Virus record (IMG/VR): IMGVR_UViG_3300014205_000187
Span: 32,001-96,000 of that record
Length of the DNA: 64,000 bases
From: a virus
Taxonomy: Duplodnaviria > Caudoviricetes
Direction: 5' to 3' (one strand)
Positions 9,344 to 19,514 of the stretch are shown here, one piece after another. The position numbers and the translations under genes were made by a program. Positions within the stretch are counted from its first letter, which is position 1. Every line of letters starts with the position of its first letter. The notes under the pieces were generated by a model. That model ran no database searches. It had not been told where the DNA came from and worked only from the letters and a program-made list of their open reading frames with translations.

Positions 9344-11941
9344 ATGCTACCTATGTGGGAAAAACAACAAGAAGCTCTCGATTTTGCTATTGATCGGGCT
9401 TCTCAAAAACTTGGCGTATGTCTCTTTATGGAGATGGGTACAGGCAAAGCGATACCCTTAGACACCCCCATGCTTACCCCTATAGGTTGGACTACAATGG
9501 GGCAAGTAAAAGTTGGGGACTATCTTATAGGTAAAAATGGAAAACCTACACAAGTAGAAGGGGTATACCCACAAGGAGAGCAAGACCTTTATAGACTAAC
9601 ATTTTCAGACAGCACTTCAGCTTTGTCCACGTTAGACCATTTATGGGAGGTCAGCACTCCTTTACGAAAATGGAGAAATATGCCTTCTATGGTATTGTCT
9701 ACTAGAGAGATGCTTATCAGAGGCTTAAAACATAAAAATGGAAATCGAAAATATTTCATTCCAATAGTTGAACCTGTGCAGTTTGAAACACGAAAAGTAA
9801 CTCTGGACCCTTACTTATTAGGAGTTCTTTTAGGAGACGGCACTTTACGCAAACATTCAATCGTTTTAAGTAATAGTAACCCTGACATACTTAGTCTTTT
9901 TGCGGCTAAAACTAAAGTTGAAAATGTCTGTTTGAAGTTTGTGCGTAAAGACAGTTATGGTTTAACAGGTATTGAACATTGTAAAAATTCAATACTACAA
10001 AAAATGAGAACGTTAAGTTTATTAGGAGTTCGAGCAAAATCTAAGTTTATTCCAGATGAATATTTATTCAATTCTATCCACGTTCGCACTGAAATACTAA
10101 GAGGTTTATTAGACACTGATGGCTCTGTGGATAGACACTCTGGAAGTACAGTGATGGAGTATACAACAGTATCCCCTCAATTAGCTGAGCAAGTAAAATT
10201 TCTTGTACAGTCTCTTGGAGGTACGGTAGTTCTATCTAAACGATACCCTACGTATACTTACAAAGGTGAAAAAAAAACAGGACAATTATTGTATAGACTA
10301 CGTCTTAAACTTCCAAATACATTAGGCAACTCTAAAACCTTAAAAAAGCAAAATGCAAAACGTACTAAATATCATCCAAGTAGAGCCATTGAATCAATAG
10401 AACCGGCAGGCAAAGGTCTTTGTCAGTGTATTAAAGTTTCTGCTCCTGATGGATTGTTTGTGATAAATGACTGTATAGTAACCCATAATACCAGGGTAGC
10501 GATTCACTGGCTAGAATACCTCATAAAACGTAAACGCGCTCGTTTGGTTTATGTAGCAGCTCCTCTGACCGTTCTTCACGTATGGGTTGAAAACTGGCAT
10601 AAATGGGCTAAAAATCCTGTTGTATTTCTCGATCTGCATGAAACAGGTTCCGCAGGTCTCAAGATGGCGCAGAAATTAGCTGACGAAGGCAATGTAGTTA
10701 TTTGTCTAGTCAACTACGAAGCCTCCTGGCAGATAGGGTATAAATGGATTAAACACACCAGGGGAGATGAGACAGTCCGTATTCTCGAAAAAGTAGAAAC
10801 CTCAATGTCTGATCTTCGCTGGGATGTTGGTATTCTTGATGAGTCTACAGCTATCAAAACACCAGGCTCCAAGGTCTCCAAGTTTTTCAGACGCAAGATG
10901 GCTAAAAAGACTCGTTATAAGATGGTGATGACAGGCACAGCTTATACAAAACGGCCTTTAGATGTGTGGGCGCAAGTTACCTTTGCAACTGGAGATGAAG
11001 TTTTTCCTTCAGCATTTTTACCGTTCAAACTGGATTATTCTATCCCTCATCCTACTATTCGAGGAGCCACTATAGGTTATCGAAACCTAAAAGACATGGT
11101 AAAGAAACTGGCTCAGGTAGCTGTTTTATTGAAGAAAAAAGATGTCCTTGATCTGCCTCCTTTTGTCCATGAAACCAGAGAAATTGAACTCTCTGCCCGA
11201 TCTCGAAAGATATACGATGACTTAAAGGAAGACCAGGTGGCCGAGATCGAAGCTCTTATCGAAGAGTGGGACGCTTATAAAGAAGGCCAGAAATTACTCG
11301 ATTCTCTTGATGAAGATGCTTTAGCTGATGTTGTTATACCTGAGAAACCCAAAATAGTGACAGCGATGCACATTTTCACTTCGATACGAAAGCTCATACA
11401 GATAACCTCTGGTTTTGTGTACCCCGATGTCGATGATGATGAGCCAGAAGTAACTCCGGCTCCCGTGGTGCTCGGTAAAGAAAAACTGGATATAGTCCTG
11501 GACATTTTGGACAATAGAGATAGTCCAACAGTCATAGTTACACAGCTTGACCAGGAAGAAGTAATGCTGGCAGCAGCTATAAAAAAGAAGTTTGGATACA
11601 CTCCAAAAATCTTAAACGGTTCAGTGAAAAAAGCTGAAGCTCGATATAAAATGATTGCGTCTGCGGCTGAAGATCGTGCATTTATCGTTAAAGAATCGGT
11701 AGGTGCAAAGGGTGTTGACATGTGTTTTGCGGACATGATAGTATTCTTCAGCCACACTTACGATACTGAAGATTATGAGCAAATGATGTCTCGTAATCAT
11801 AGGGGTGTTCAAACAAAAAATGTAACCTACATGCACATCCTCTGCAAGAATACCATTGACGTAAAAATCATGCGTTCCCTCGAAAGAGACTTGAATCTGG
11901 CGGCATCCATCGAACGTGATTGGAGGCAGTTATTTGAGTAA
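9344..11941 (+). CDS. SNF2-family helicase containing an intein
   Basis: EMGTGK|T split Walker A, LVNYE, ILDES, MTGT, QMMSRNHR. Confidence 0.9.
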   Translation: MLPMWEKQQEALDFAIDRASQKLGVCLFMEMGTGKAIPLDTPMLTPIGWTTMGQVKVGDYLIGKNGKPTQVEGVYPQGEQDLYRLTFSDSTSALSTLDHLWEVSTPLRKWRNMPSMVLSTREMLIRGLKHKNGNRKYFIPIVEPVQFETRKVTLDPYLLGVLLGDGTLRKHSIVLSNSNPDILSLFAAKTKVENVCLKFVRKDSYGLTGIEHCKNSILQKMRTLSLLGVRAKSKFIPDEYLFNSIHVRTEILRGLLDTDGSVDRHSGSTVMEYTTVSPQLAEQVKFLVQSLGGTVVLSKRYPTYTYKGEKKTGQLLYRLRLKLPNTLGNSKTLKKQNAKRTKYHPSRAIESIEPAGKGLCQCIKVSAPDGLFVINDCIVTHNTRVAIHWLEYLIKRKRARLVYVAAPLTVLHVWVENWHKWAKNPVVFLDLHETGSAGLKMAQKLADEGNVVICLVNYEASWQIGYKWIKHTRGDETVRILEKVETSMSDLRWDVGILDESTAIKTPGSKVSKFFRRKMAKKTRYKMVMTGTAYTKRPLDVWAQVTFATGDEVFPSAFLPFKLDYSIPHPTIRGATIGYRNLKDMVKKLAQVAVLLKKKDVLDLPPFVHETREIELSARSRKIYDDLKEDQVAEIEALIEEWDAYKEGQKLLDSLDEDALADVVIPEKPKIVTAMHIFTSIRKLIQITSGFVYPDVDDDEPEVTPAPVVLGKEKLDIVLDILDNRDSPTVIVTQLDQEEVMLAAAIKKKFGYTPKILNGSVKKAEARYKMIASAAEDRAFIVKESVGAKGVDMCFADMIVFFSHTYDTEDYEQMMSRNHRGVQTKNVTYMHILCKNTIDVKIMRSLERDLNLAASIERDWRQLFE
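9449..10489 (+). mobile_element. Class 3 intein (347 aa) with LAGLIDADG endonuclease
   Basis: Starts AIPLDT (Ala1); block B TLDHLW; LLGVLLGDG and LRGLLDTDG; block F CQCIKV; ends VTHN|T. Confidence 0.9.
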
Positions 11942-12191
11942 TTGTCCTGCCAAAATCACTATCGTTGACAATGATGGCAACGAGTTCGAGTGTCCAGGTA
12001 GAGTTTACTTTAACGGTAAGATTCTATGTGTGCATAATGAACAGAGATTGCTTGTTGACCCTGAGTGGTATTACAAAAAAGACCCTAAACGATTGATGGT
12101 CTATAAAGTGGGAAAGTGGAGTATGTTTAGGATAAAATCGGTTTTTCTGGATAGTAAAGCTGTCCGTAAAACAGGCATAAATACCAGGTGA
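11934..12191 (+). CDS. Hypothetical protein
   Basis: GGAGG SD with TTG start overlapping the helicase stop. Confidence 0.55.
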   Translation: MSNCPAKITIVDNDGNEFECPGRVYFNGKILCVHNEQRLLVDPEWYYKKDPKRLMVYKVGKWSMFRIKSVFLDSKAVRKTGINTR

Positions 12192-12216
12192 CAAGCCTGA
12201 TCTTATGGCCTATAAT
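12188..12216 (+). promoter_or_regulatory. Sigma70-like promoter
   Basis: GTGACA-17-TATAAT upstream of an AAGGAGG SD. Confidence 0.6.
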
Positions 12217-12258
12217 TTGTAATGGTGGATAATCACCAATAAGGAGGACACGATTAAG

Positions 12259-13272
12259 ATGAGTGAGGACAAGGTGCTGTTGAAACTTCCGTCCGCTCAA
12301 AAGATGGAGCAAATACGCGAGATTCTGGAGGATGATGAAGACTGGCGTTTTGGCCGTCCCAAGATAGACGGAAAAAAACCCAGGTTCGAGCTTCCGGCTC
12401 CTACAAAACAAGACCCGGACGAAGTGGAAATCGCCAAGTCATTCTACGGCGTGGTTCTGCTTGCTCGTAAAAACTTCTACCAGTCCGAAGAGGACAAGGA
12501 GAAGGGTAACGAGCCGAAGGAGAAACGGGCACTTTATATCCTTCGTGCCGGAAAGTATATGCCGGAACTGCTGTACGTCAGCCCGACTGCACTTCGCAAT
12601 TGGAAGTTCTTCGCCAAAGAATGTCGTGATCGAGGCATCGATTACTTCAGCGTTATGTGCGAGTTCGCTGCCGAACAGGTCACAGGCAAAGCCAACGGTT
12701 ATACCTGGTCGAAGCCTACGTTCAAAATCTCTCGAACTTTGACCGAAGATGAACTGGCTCACGTCATGGACATCAGAGAATTGGTTCTCGGTAGAGTCAA
12801 GGAGTATGAGGACAACTCAGAACTCGACAAAGCCGAGGATGAGGCTCTCTCTGTGGACAGAGTTCGCAAGGATGATGAGGACGATCAGGAAACGCATTCC
12901 AAGAAGTCTCGGGGCCACGTTGAGGATGATGACGATACCCCGCCTGCGCCGGTCAAAAAGAAGAAGAAACCGGCTGACGACGAAGACGAGGAAGAAGAGA
13001 AGCCCAAGAAGAAGCGCAAGCCCGTCGAGGATGACGAGGACGAAGAGGAAGAAAAACCCAAAAAGAAGAAAAAGCCCGTAGAGGACGACGAGGACGAGGA
13101 AGAGGAAAAGCCCAAGAAAAAGAAAAAGCCTGTCGAGGATGACGAGGACGAAGAGGAAGAAAAACCCAAAAAGTCCAAAGGCAGGGCTGGCTATCCCGAC
13201 CTCGATGACGACGAGGATGAAGAGCTGACAAAGCCCAAGAAAAAGAGTAAGTCTGTCGAAGACGACGACTGA
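12259..13272 (+). CDS. Probable ssDNA-binding protein with long acidic/basic repeat tail
   Basis: Lies just upstream of the DNA polymerase; aromatic-rich N-terminal domain; D/E/K-rich tail ending VEDDD. Confidence 0.55.
   Translation: MSEDKVLLKLPSAQKMEQIREILEDDEDWRFGRPKIDGKKPRFELPAPTKQDPDEVEIAKSFYGVVLLARKNFYQSEEDKEKGNEPKEKRALYILRAGKYMPELLYVSPTALRNWKFFAKECRDRGIDYFSVMCEFAAEQVTGKANGYTWSKPTFKISRTLTEDELAHVMDIRELVLGRVKEYEDNSELDKAEDEALSVDRVRKDDEDDQETHSKKSRGHVEDDDDTPPAPVKKKKKPADDEDEEEEKPKKKRKPVEDDEDEEEEKPKKKKKPVEDDEDEEEEKPKKKKKPVEDDEDEEEEKPKKSKGRAGYPDLDDDEDEELTKPKKKSKSVEDDD
12955..13175 (+). repeat. 54-bp coding tandem repeat, about 4 copies (KPVEDDEDEEEEKPKKKK)
   Basis: Seen directly; copies differ mainly at synonymous positions. 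Confidence 0.9.
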
Positions 13273-13299
13273 TACCCTCGCTCGATTTGAGTTCCGATT

Positions 13300-13340
13300 G
13301 GCCTGGAGTGGTAGTAAAATTATGCTCCAGGCCGCTTTTC
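13300..13340 (+). terminator. Rho-independent terminator
   Basis: ggcctggagt/gctccaggcc stem followed by gcttttc. Confidence 0.65.
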
Positions 13341-13366
13341 ATTCTTATAGATAGGGTTGTTTATTT

Positions 13367-15976
13367 ATGCGTAATCCAGAATGTGATCGATGTTCGTTCG
13401 GCTTAAATAGTCCCAAAGTTCCCAGGCATATATGTTTAATGCCTGCGGTCAAAGATATTCCTGAAGTAGAAGTAGTCCTTGTAGCCGAACAGCCTCCTAT
13501 GCAGGATGACACGTATGGTCGCATATTCTCTGGAAAAGGTCTGACCGAAATACGCACTTTTTTCGATCAGAATAATATACCTACTTATTGCACTTTCGCT
13601 TTGAAATGTGCCCGTCCCAATAAGGACACCAAACCTGAAGGAAAACATGTAAAGGTTTGCGCTCATGGCTACAATTCAGCAACCAAAAAAATCGACCAAG
13701 AAGGGTATTTATCTCAAGAACTCCAGCACGTCAAGCCCAAGCACATTATCACTTTCGGCAGTAACGCCCATTATGGAGCTACAGGTAAAAAGTGCGCGGC
13801 TGAAAAGTTTGGTGGTCGTTACTTTGATGAGCGACTTAACGCATATATCTACCCTACTGTCCATTGGATTCAGACGCTTTATAATCAGCAAGTCAAAGAC
13901 CAGATGTGGGCGCATTTGCGTCAATTCGTGGATTGGATTAACGGAGAAACTGAAGATGTGGGCTTCAGTCCACGAGTCATCGTGGCAGACTCACTCAAGT
14001 CGCTTCGTGCTGTACGAAAAAGAATTAGGGCCGCTGGAGGAGTGGTGGCCGTGGACACGGAAACTGACGGCCTTAATCCATTCCTTGAAAACAAGCATGT
14101 CCGGTCTATTCAGTTTTGTTGGGACCCCGATTTTGGTGGTGTATTCGTTCCTCTTATGGTTGGGGAGAACTGCTATTACACTGACCAGGATAACCCGGCT
14201 GAGTTCTGGACTGAAGAATCCCTCGAAGAAGCTGTAGACATCATCAGAGACATCTTAGCGGAGAGCCAGTGCATCTGGCATAATGGAAAGTTTGATCGAT
14301 TATGGCTGCATGAGTGGGGTAAACGAGAGTTTGATAAACCCATAGAAGCTCCCAACATATACATGGATACGATGCACGTTGCTCATCTTATCAACGAGAA
14401 TCGTATCCTCAAACTCAAAGTGCTCATAACCTCGGAACTTGGTTATCCAACTTACGACATCGCAAACAAACTCACCAAAAATATGGATGAGTTGATACCT
14501 TATGCTGCGCGTGATACCGTGGCAACTCTTTTACTGGCTCAAAAATATGTAGGTATCTTAAAAGATTCTGATAAAAAGAAACTGAGACGACTCTATGCCA
14601 AGCTCATCCGAAAAATGGATGGGCTATTCACTAAGATGGAGCTTCGAGGCTGGCCGGTTCACAAAAAGACTGTAGTGAGACTTCTGGAGGCCATAGACAC
14701 TGAAGTAGAGCGTGTAGAGAAAGAACTCTATGATATTCTGGAAAAAGAGGGCATAGAAGTTCCTGACAAAGCATTCAGCAGTCCTCAAAAGATGGCTCGT
14801 ATTCTCTTCGATGATTTGAAGTATCCGCTCAATCCCGATAAACGAATAGCCTACACTCCTACCAAAACTCGATCTACAAAAAGCGATGCTCTCATCCATC
14901 TCAAAGGAAGACCCTTCGTTGACAAGTTTTTAGAGTGGCGTGGTCTTATGAAAACACGGTCAACGTATGTTGAACCTATGCTGATGTTTGCTGAGAGTCG
15001 AGGTCGAATAAGCACCAGTTATAGACTTACTGGAGCTGTGACAGGTCGCACAGCGTCCGGCAAAGAGAGTCAGGAATCCTCCACCAGCAGCAAAAAAGAT
15101 AAAAGTGGAATGAACCTACAAAATCTCAATTACTCAGTTTATGGGCCTGAAAAACTCTCTGTAAAGCACTGCATACGCGCACGAAAAGGATGGTCAATAG
15201 TCGAGGTAGACCTGTCTCAAATAGAACTTCGTATTACGGGTGAAGTGTCGAAAGACCCTCTTTTCTTACGATCATATCAGGAAGGTAAAGACATTCATGC
15301 GATTCGTGCTATGAGGATTCTCCACTTAGATGAAGATGGTTGGGCTGCGCTTCCTAAAGCAGATCAGAAAAAAGCCAGAGGAAATGCCAAGCCGGTCAAC
15401 TTTGGATTTATATATGGGATGCAGGCTGCCAAGTTCAAAGTATACGCTCTTACCGATTATGGCGTAGACTTTTCTATGGCTGAATGCAATCAAATTAGAA
15501 ACAAGTTTTTTGCTGACCACACCGGCCTGGAGCCGTGGTATGGAAAACAAGAACGTGAAGCTATACGGTTGGGGTATGTGGAGAGTTTATCTGGTCGGCG
15601 GCGACATCTACCGAATATCAAGCTAGACCCTGATACCGGCAGAGAAGCACGAGCCAAATACAATGAAGCAATTCGTATGGCTGTCAATACACCTGTTCAA
15701 GGTTTTGCCAGCGATCTTAAACTAATGAGTCTTATTGAGGTGGACAGCTTTTTAGATGAGGAATGGGGGTATCTGTTTGGCGAGGTTCACGACTCTATTC
15801 TTCTTGAAGTTCGAGATGATAAGGTAGATGAGACAGTAAGAAAAACCCTCAAAGTGATGGAACATCCAAGAATACTGGATGAACTGGGTATCACTCTTAC
15901 CGTGCCGATATGCGCCGAGGCTAAAGTTGGTGTAAGTCTCGCTGAAGCCAAGGAGTATGTTCCCAATGGCTCTTGA
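13367..15976 (+). CDS. polA: Family A DNA polymerase with N-terminal uracil-DNA glycosylase-like and 3'-5' exonuclease domains
   Basis: CxxC, VLVAEQP, KCARP, PTVH (UDG family 4-like); VDTET, HNGKFD, YAARD (exonuclease); DLSQIELR, AKPVNFGFIYG, VHDS (polymerase motifs A/B/C). Confidence 0.95.
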   Translation: MRNPECDRCSFGLNSPKVPRHICLMPAVKDIPEVEVVLVAEQPPMQDDTYGRIFSGKGLTEIRTFFDQNNIPTYCTFALKCARPNKDTKPEGKHVKVCAHGYNSATKKIDQEGYLSQELQHVKPKHIITFGSNAHYGATGKKCAAEKFGGRYFDERLNAYIYPTVHWIQTLYNQQVKDQMWAHLRQFVDWINGETEDVGFSPRVIVADSLKSLRAVRKRIRAAGGVVAVDTETDGLNPFLENKHVRSIQFCWDPDFGGVFVPLMVGENCYYTDQDNPAEFWTEESLEEAVDIIRDILAESQCIWHNGKFDRLWLHEWGKREFDKPIEAPNIYMDTMHVAHLINENRILKLKVLITSELGYPTYDIANKLTKNMDELIPYAARDTVATLLLAQKYVGILKDSDKKKLRRLYAKLIRKMDGLFTKMELRGWPVHKKTVVRLLEAIDTEVERVEKELYDILEKEGIEVPDKAFSSPQKMARILFDDLKYPLNPDKRIAYTPTKTRSTKSDALIHLKGRPFVDKFLEWRGLMKTRSTYVEPMLMFAESRGRISTSYRLTGAVTGRTASGKESQESSTSSKKDKSGMNLQNLNYSVYGPEKLSVKHCIRARKGWSIVEVDLSQIELRITGEVSKDPLFLRSYQEGKDIHAIRAMRILHLDEDGWAALPKADQKKARGNAKPVNFGFIYGMQAAKFKVYALTDYGVDFSMAECNQIRNKFFADHTGLEPWYGKQEREAIRLGYVESLSGRRRHLPNIKLDPDTGREARAKYNEAIRMAVNTPVQGFASDLKLMSLIEVDSFLDEEWGYLFGEVHDSILLEVRDDKVDETVRKTLKVMEHPRILDELGITLTVPICAEAKVGVSLAEAKEYVPNGS

Positions 15977-16277
15977 AAGCAGCGTTCGCGCCCTTATAAT
16001 AGCCTATCTAAAGCATCTCAAGTATTGCACTTTTGATACTATCTGCGGAAACGAGTTTCAAAAAAGTGTTCCAGACATCCTGGTTTGTTACAAAGGAAGA
16101 TACATAGGGCTGGAACTTAAAGCTCCTGATGGTAGTTTGAGGCCAGGACAAAGAATAAAACTTCGTAGAATACAAAAAGCACAAGGAATAGGTGAAGGAG
16201 TAAGAACTCTTGCCAAAGTCAAAAAAATCATCGCCTGCATCGACGAAGGTAGACCGTGGGAAAACACCATCTACTAA
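15966..16277 (+). CDS. VRR-NUC nuclease / Holliday junction resolvase-like protein
   Basis: E...VPDI...GLELK...Q. Confidence 0.85.
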   Translation: MALESSVRALIIAYLKHLKYCTFDTICGNEFQKSVPDILVCYKGRYIGLELKAPDGSLRPGQRIKLRRIQKAQGIGEGVRTLAKVKKIIACIDEGRPWENTIY

Positions 16278-17091
16278 AAAAGTTGAGATATTCCATTTAG
16301 GGTATTCCAGAGTAGCTCAGTTTGAAGACTGTCCTAGAGCATTCAAGTATACCTATATAGACGGTCTACGTACTCCTGGAAGTATGGCTATGCGTCGAGG
16401 AAATGCTTACCACGCTGCTCTTGAGTTCCTACTTCAATGGAAGATTGACCATAAGGGTCAGTTATTTCCTCTCGAAAGAGCGGACAAACTAGCCATTCGT
16501 TGTGCCAAAAAAGAAAAGCTCACCGACGCCGAAATCTACCGTGTCATAGATGCTGTTCGTTTTTACCACTCTGAGATGTATGCTCAACATAATCCGCTTT
16601 GTGTAGAAGAGTCTTTCAAGATTGTTCGGGGCGGCATCGAAATCACCGGCAGAATCGACCTTATTCAAGAGATGCATGGTAAACTGTGGGTTATTGACCA
16701 CAAGTTCAGCTACGATAAATGGGCCGAACCCAGAGCCAAATACGGCTGTCAGCCTATCATATATCAGTGGGCTGCTCTCGATTATTTGTGTGATCGATAC
16801 GGTATGGAGTTTGGGGGTTTTGCTTACAACATTATTCGATTATTCCCTTCACCACTTATTCAGGTAATCGAGATCGAAAAAATACCTCAATGGGAATCTG
16901 ATTGGTGGGAAGAACAAATCGAAGCAACAGCCAAAGTTATTCAGGCAGGCTATCTTCCAGCCAGACCAGGAGACAAACAATGTTCCTGGTGCGGTCACAA
17001 AGAACTCTGCCAACCGGCTATATATAAAATAAAGCTCTCAGATCAGGGTGTAGTTGAGAGCACAGACATTATGGATTTTGAGGATTGCTAA
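16210..17091 (+). CDS. PD-(D/E)XK exonuclease (RecB/Cas4-like)
   Basis: YSR...CP, GNAYH, GRIDL, IDHK, Q..IY, CSWC...C. Confidence 0.85.
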   Translation: MPKSKKSSPASTKVDRGKTPSTKKVEIFHLGYSRVAQFEDCPRAFKYTYIDGLRTPGSMAMRRGNAYHAALEFLLQWKIDHKGQLFPLERADKLAIRCAKKEKLTDAEIYRVIDAVRFYHSEMYAQHNPLCVEESFKIVRGGIEITGRIDLIQEMHGKLWVIDHKFSYDKWAEPRAKYGCQPIIYQWAALDYLCDRYGMEFGGFAYNIIRLFPSPLIQVIEIEKIPQWESDWWEEQIEATAKVIQAGYLPARPGDKQCSWCGHKELCQPAIYKIKLSDQGVVESTDIMDFEDC

Positions 17092-17092
17092 C

Positions 17093-19513
17093 ATGCCTTA
17101 TACAAAACAAGAAGCATTAGAAGCCAGCTTGACTTACTTTGAGGGTGATGAGCTGGCAGCAAAAGCATTCGTGGACAAGTATGCTCTGCATGAAAATGAC
17201 ATGTATTTTGAGCGTACACCAAACGAAATGCACTGGAGATTGGCTAATGAGTTCGCTCGAATTGAGCGCAACTACCCGAATCCTTTAAGCGGTGTGGATA
17301 TTTTCCAAGCTCTCAAAGGATTCAAAAAAATAGTACCGGGCGGTTCTCCGATGTCGGGCATAGGAAATCGTCACGCAGTTATTAGTCTATCTAACTGTGT
17401 AGCTGTTGAAAGTCCTAATGACACTCTTTCCTCGATCTACGCTAAAGGTAGAGACCTGGCTAACCTGTTCAAACGACGCTGTGGAGCAGGCATAGACATC
17501 ACCACACTGCGTCCAGACGGCTCTCCAGTATCCAACTCGGCTAAGACCTCGACGGGAGCCTGGTCATTTGCTGACCTGTATTCATATATAGCAAAACACA
17601 CGGCTCAACAAGGTCGTCGGGGTGCTTTGATGATAACCCTGGATGTCAGCCATCCTGACATATACAAGTTCGTTACCATGAAAGCTGATATGAAATGTGT
17701 TACCGGAGCCAACATATCGGTTATGATAACTGACGCATTTATGAAAGCGGTCAAGGCCGACGATTGGTGGTTCCTTCAGTTTAGACCCAGTGCAATAGAA
17801 GAAACGATGAGACCTGACGGCACGTTAAAGTTTCCTATCAGCAAGGTCAAAGCGCGAGAGCTGTGGAATCTGATCTGCAAAACAGCCACCGAAACAGCCG
17901 AACCAGGAATCATTTTCATCGATAATTACCGGCGTAATCTTCCTCTTGATTACTATCCAGAGTTCAAATCTGTCTGCGTCAATCCATGCTCCGAGATACT
18001 CTTATCAGCTTACGACTCCTGCCGTCTGCTTTCCCAGAACCTTAGAGGATTTGTCATCAATCCTTTCACTCCCGAAGCCAACATAGATATAATAGACTTC
18101 AAAAAGCATGTCCATATAGCTATGAGGCTCCTGGATGATCTGGTTGATCTGGAGATAGAGTGTCTTCAAAACATAGTAAAAAGAGCAGACACCGAAGATG
18201 AGCGTATTTTATTCGGTAAAATGGAAAATGCTGCTCAAAGAGGTCGTAGAACTGGTCTTGGAACTCATGGTCTGGCTGACACTCTTGCTGCTTTGAATCT
18301 ACGATACGATGATTCAGGCACAGCCAGAGATGTCATTCGAGAACTCTACGCTATGTCCAGAAACGAAGCATATAGAGCAAGTATTCAACTTGCTGTTGAA
18401 CGTGGAGCTTTCCCTGCTTTTGATTGGGAAGTGGAAAAAGATTGTCCGTTCATCACGCAGTTACCCGAAGATATATACGATATGATGAAGCATTGTGGCC
18501 GGAGAAATGGCGCACTTCTCACAAATGCTCCGACCGGCACAGTTTCGATAATGAGTCAAACATCATCAGGCATAGAGCCTGTATTCGATAACTATTATAT
18601 GCGAAGACGCAAAGTAGCTGAGTCTGATGGCTACGATTTTAGAGGAGAAGATGGAGAATACTACCAGAACTATCAGGTAGCCAACCATAACCTCCAGCAA
18701 TACTTCGATATTACGGGCAAGACCGAGATTCCTGATTTATTCGTAACAGCCAACGATATTGACTGGCATGAAAGAGTCAAGATTCAAGGTATAATACAGG
18801 AATACATCGACCACGGTATATCGTCCACTATCAATCTGCCCCGAGGTACGGAAGTAGGGATAGTCCAACAGCTTTATGAAGAGGCGCATGAGTGCGGTCT
18901 CAAAGGACTCACAGTTTACGTGGACGGCTCCAGAGATGGAATCCTGGTTCGTAATCCCGTTAAAGAAGAGGACTGGAGTATCAGACCTGAAGTGCTTCCT
19001 TGTGAGATATTCCATGCCAATGTTCAACGTGGAGGAGAAACTGAACAGTTTATCATTCTGGTCACTACCAGAGATTCCCTGCCGTATGAGGTCTTCGGAG
19101 GCAAAGCTGAGTTCCTCGATCTGCCAAAATCTTATCAATATGGAAAGATGACTAAGATCGCAAGCAAACCAAAAAATCGATATGAACTCGAAGCTATCAA
19201 TGGCGGGGAACCTGTCATAGTTCGAGATATTGGAATAGCGTTCAGAAACAATGAATACTCAGTTGTAAGTCGTCTCGCTACTATGGCTCTACGCAGTCGA
19301 ACATCTGTGATAAAAGTTGTAGATCAGCTTCTCAAGGAGCCTGATTCCAACCTTTTCACGTATACGAAGGTCATAGCCAGGGTGCTGAAAAAATATATCA
19401 CTGAGGGAGAGCGGTCTTCTTTACGCTGCCCTGAGTGTGACTCCAAAGATTCTCTCAGATTTCAGGAGGGTTGTTTCGTGTGTACAAATTGCGGGTTTAC
19501 GGGGTGCTCATAA
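17093..19513 (+). CDS. nrdJ: Class II (adenosylcobalamin-dependent) ribonucleotide reductase
   Basis: SLSNC, GRRGA, NPCSE, APTGTVS, SSGIEP, C-terminal CPEC...CFVCTNCGFTGC; no nrdB in the window. Confidence 0.9.
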   Translation: MPYTKQEALEASLTYFEGDELAAKAFVDKYALHENDMYFERTPNEMHWRLANEFARIERNYPNPLSGVDIFQALKGFKKIVPGGSPMSGIGNRHAVISLSNCVAVESPNDTLSSIYAKGRDLANLFKRRCGAGIDITTLRPDGSPVSNSAKTSTGAWSFADLYSYIAKHTAQQGRRGALMITLDVSHPDIYKFVTMKADMKCVTGANISVMITDAFMKAVKADDWWFLQFRPSAIEETMRPDGTLKFPISKVKARELWNLICKTATETAEPGIIFIDNYRRNLPLDYYPEFKSVCVNPCSEILLSAYDSCRLLSQNLRGFVINPFTPEANIDIIDFKKHVHIAMRLLDDLVDLEIECLQNIVKRADTEDERILFGKMENAAQRGRRTGLGTHGLADTLAALNLRYDDSGTARDVIRELYAMSRNEAYRASIQLAVERGAFPAFDWEVEKDCPFITQLPEDIYDMMKHCGRRNGALLTNAPTGTVSIMSQTSSGIEPVFDNYYMRRRKVAESDGYDFRGEDGEYYQNYQVANHNLQQYFDITGKTEIPDLFVTANDIDWHERVKIQGIIQEYIDHGISSTINLPRGTEVGIVQQLYEEAHECGLKGLTVYVDGSRDGILVRNPVKEEDWSIRPEVLPCEIFHANVQRGGETEQFIILVTTRDSLPYEVFGGKAEFLDLPKSYQYGKMTKIASKPKNRYELEAINGGEPVIVRDIGIAFRNNEYSVVSRLATMALRSRTSVIKVVDQLLKEPDSNLFTYTKVIARVLKKYITEGERSSLRCPECDSKDSLRFQEGCFVCTNCGFTGCS

Positions 19514-19514
19514 A

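Noticed and set aside
12955-13175. CRISPR array
   Set aside because: The repeats are contiguous, coding and synonymously varied, with no unique spacers; no cas genes in the window
16210-17091. Cas4 of a CRISPR adaptation module
   Set aside because: Solo Cas4-like nucleases are common in phage replication modules; no cas1, cas2 or array is present
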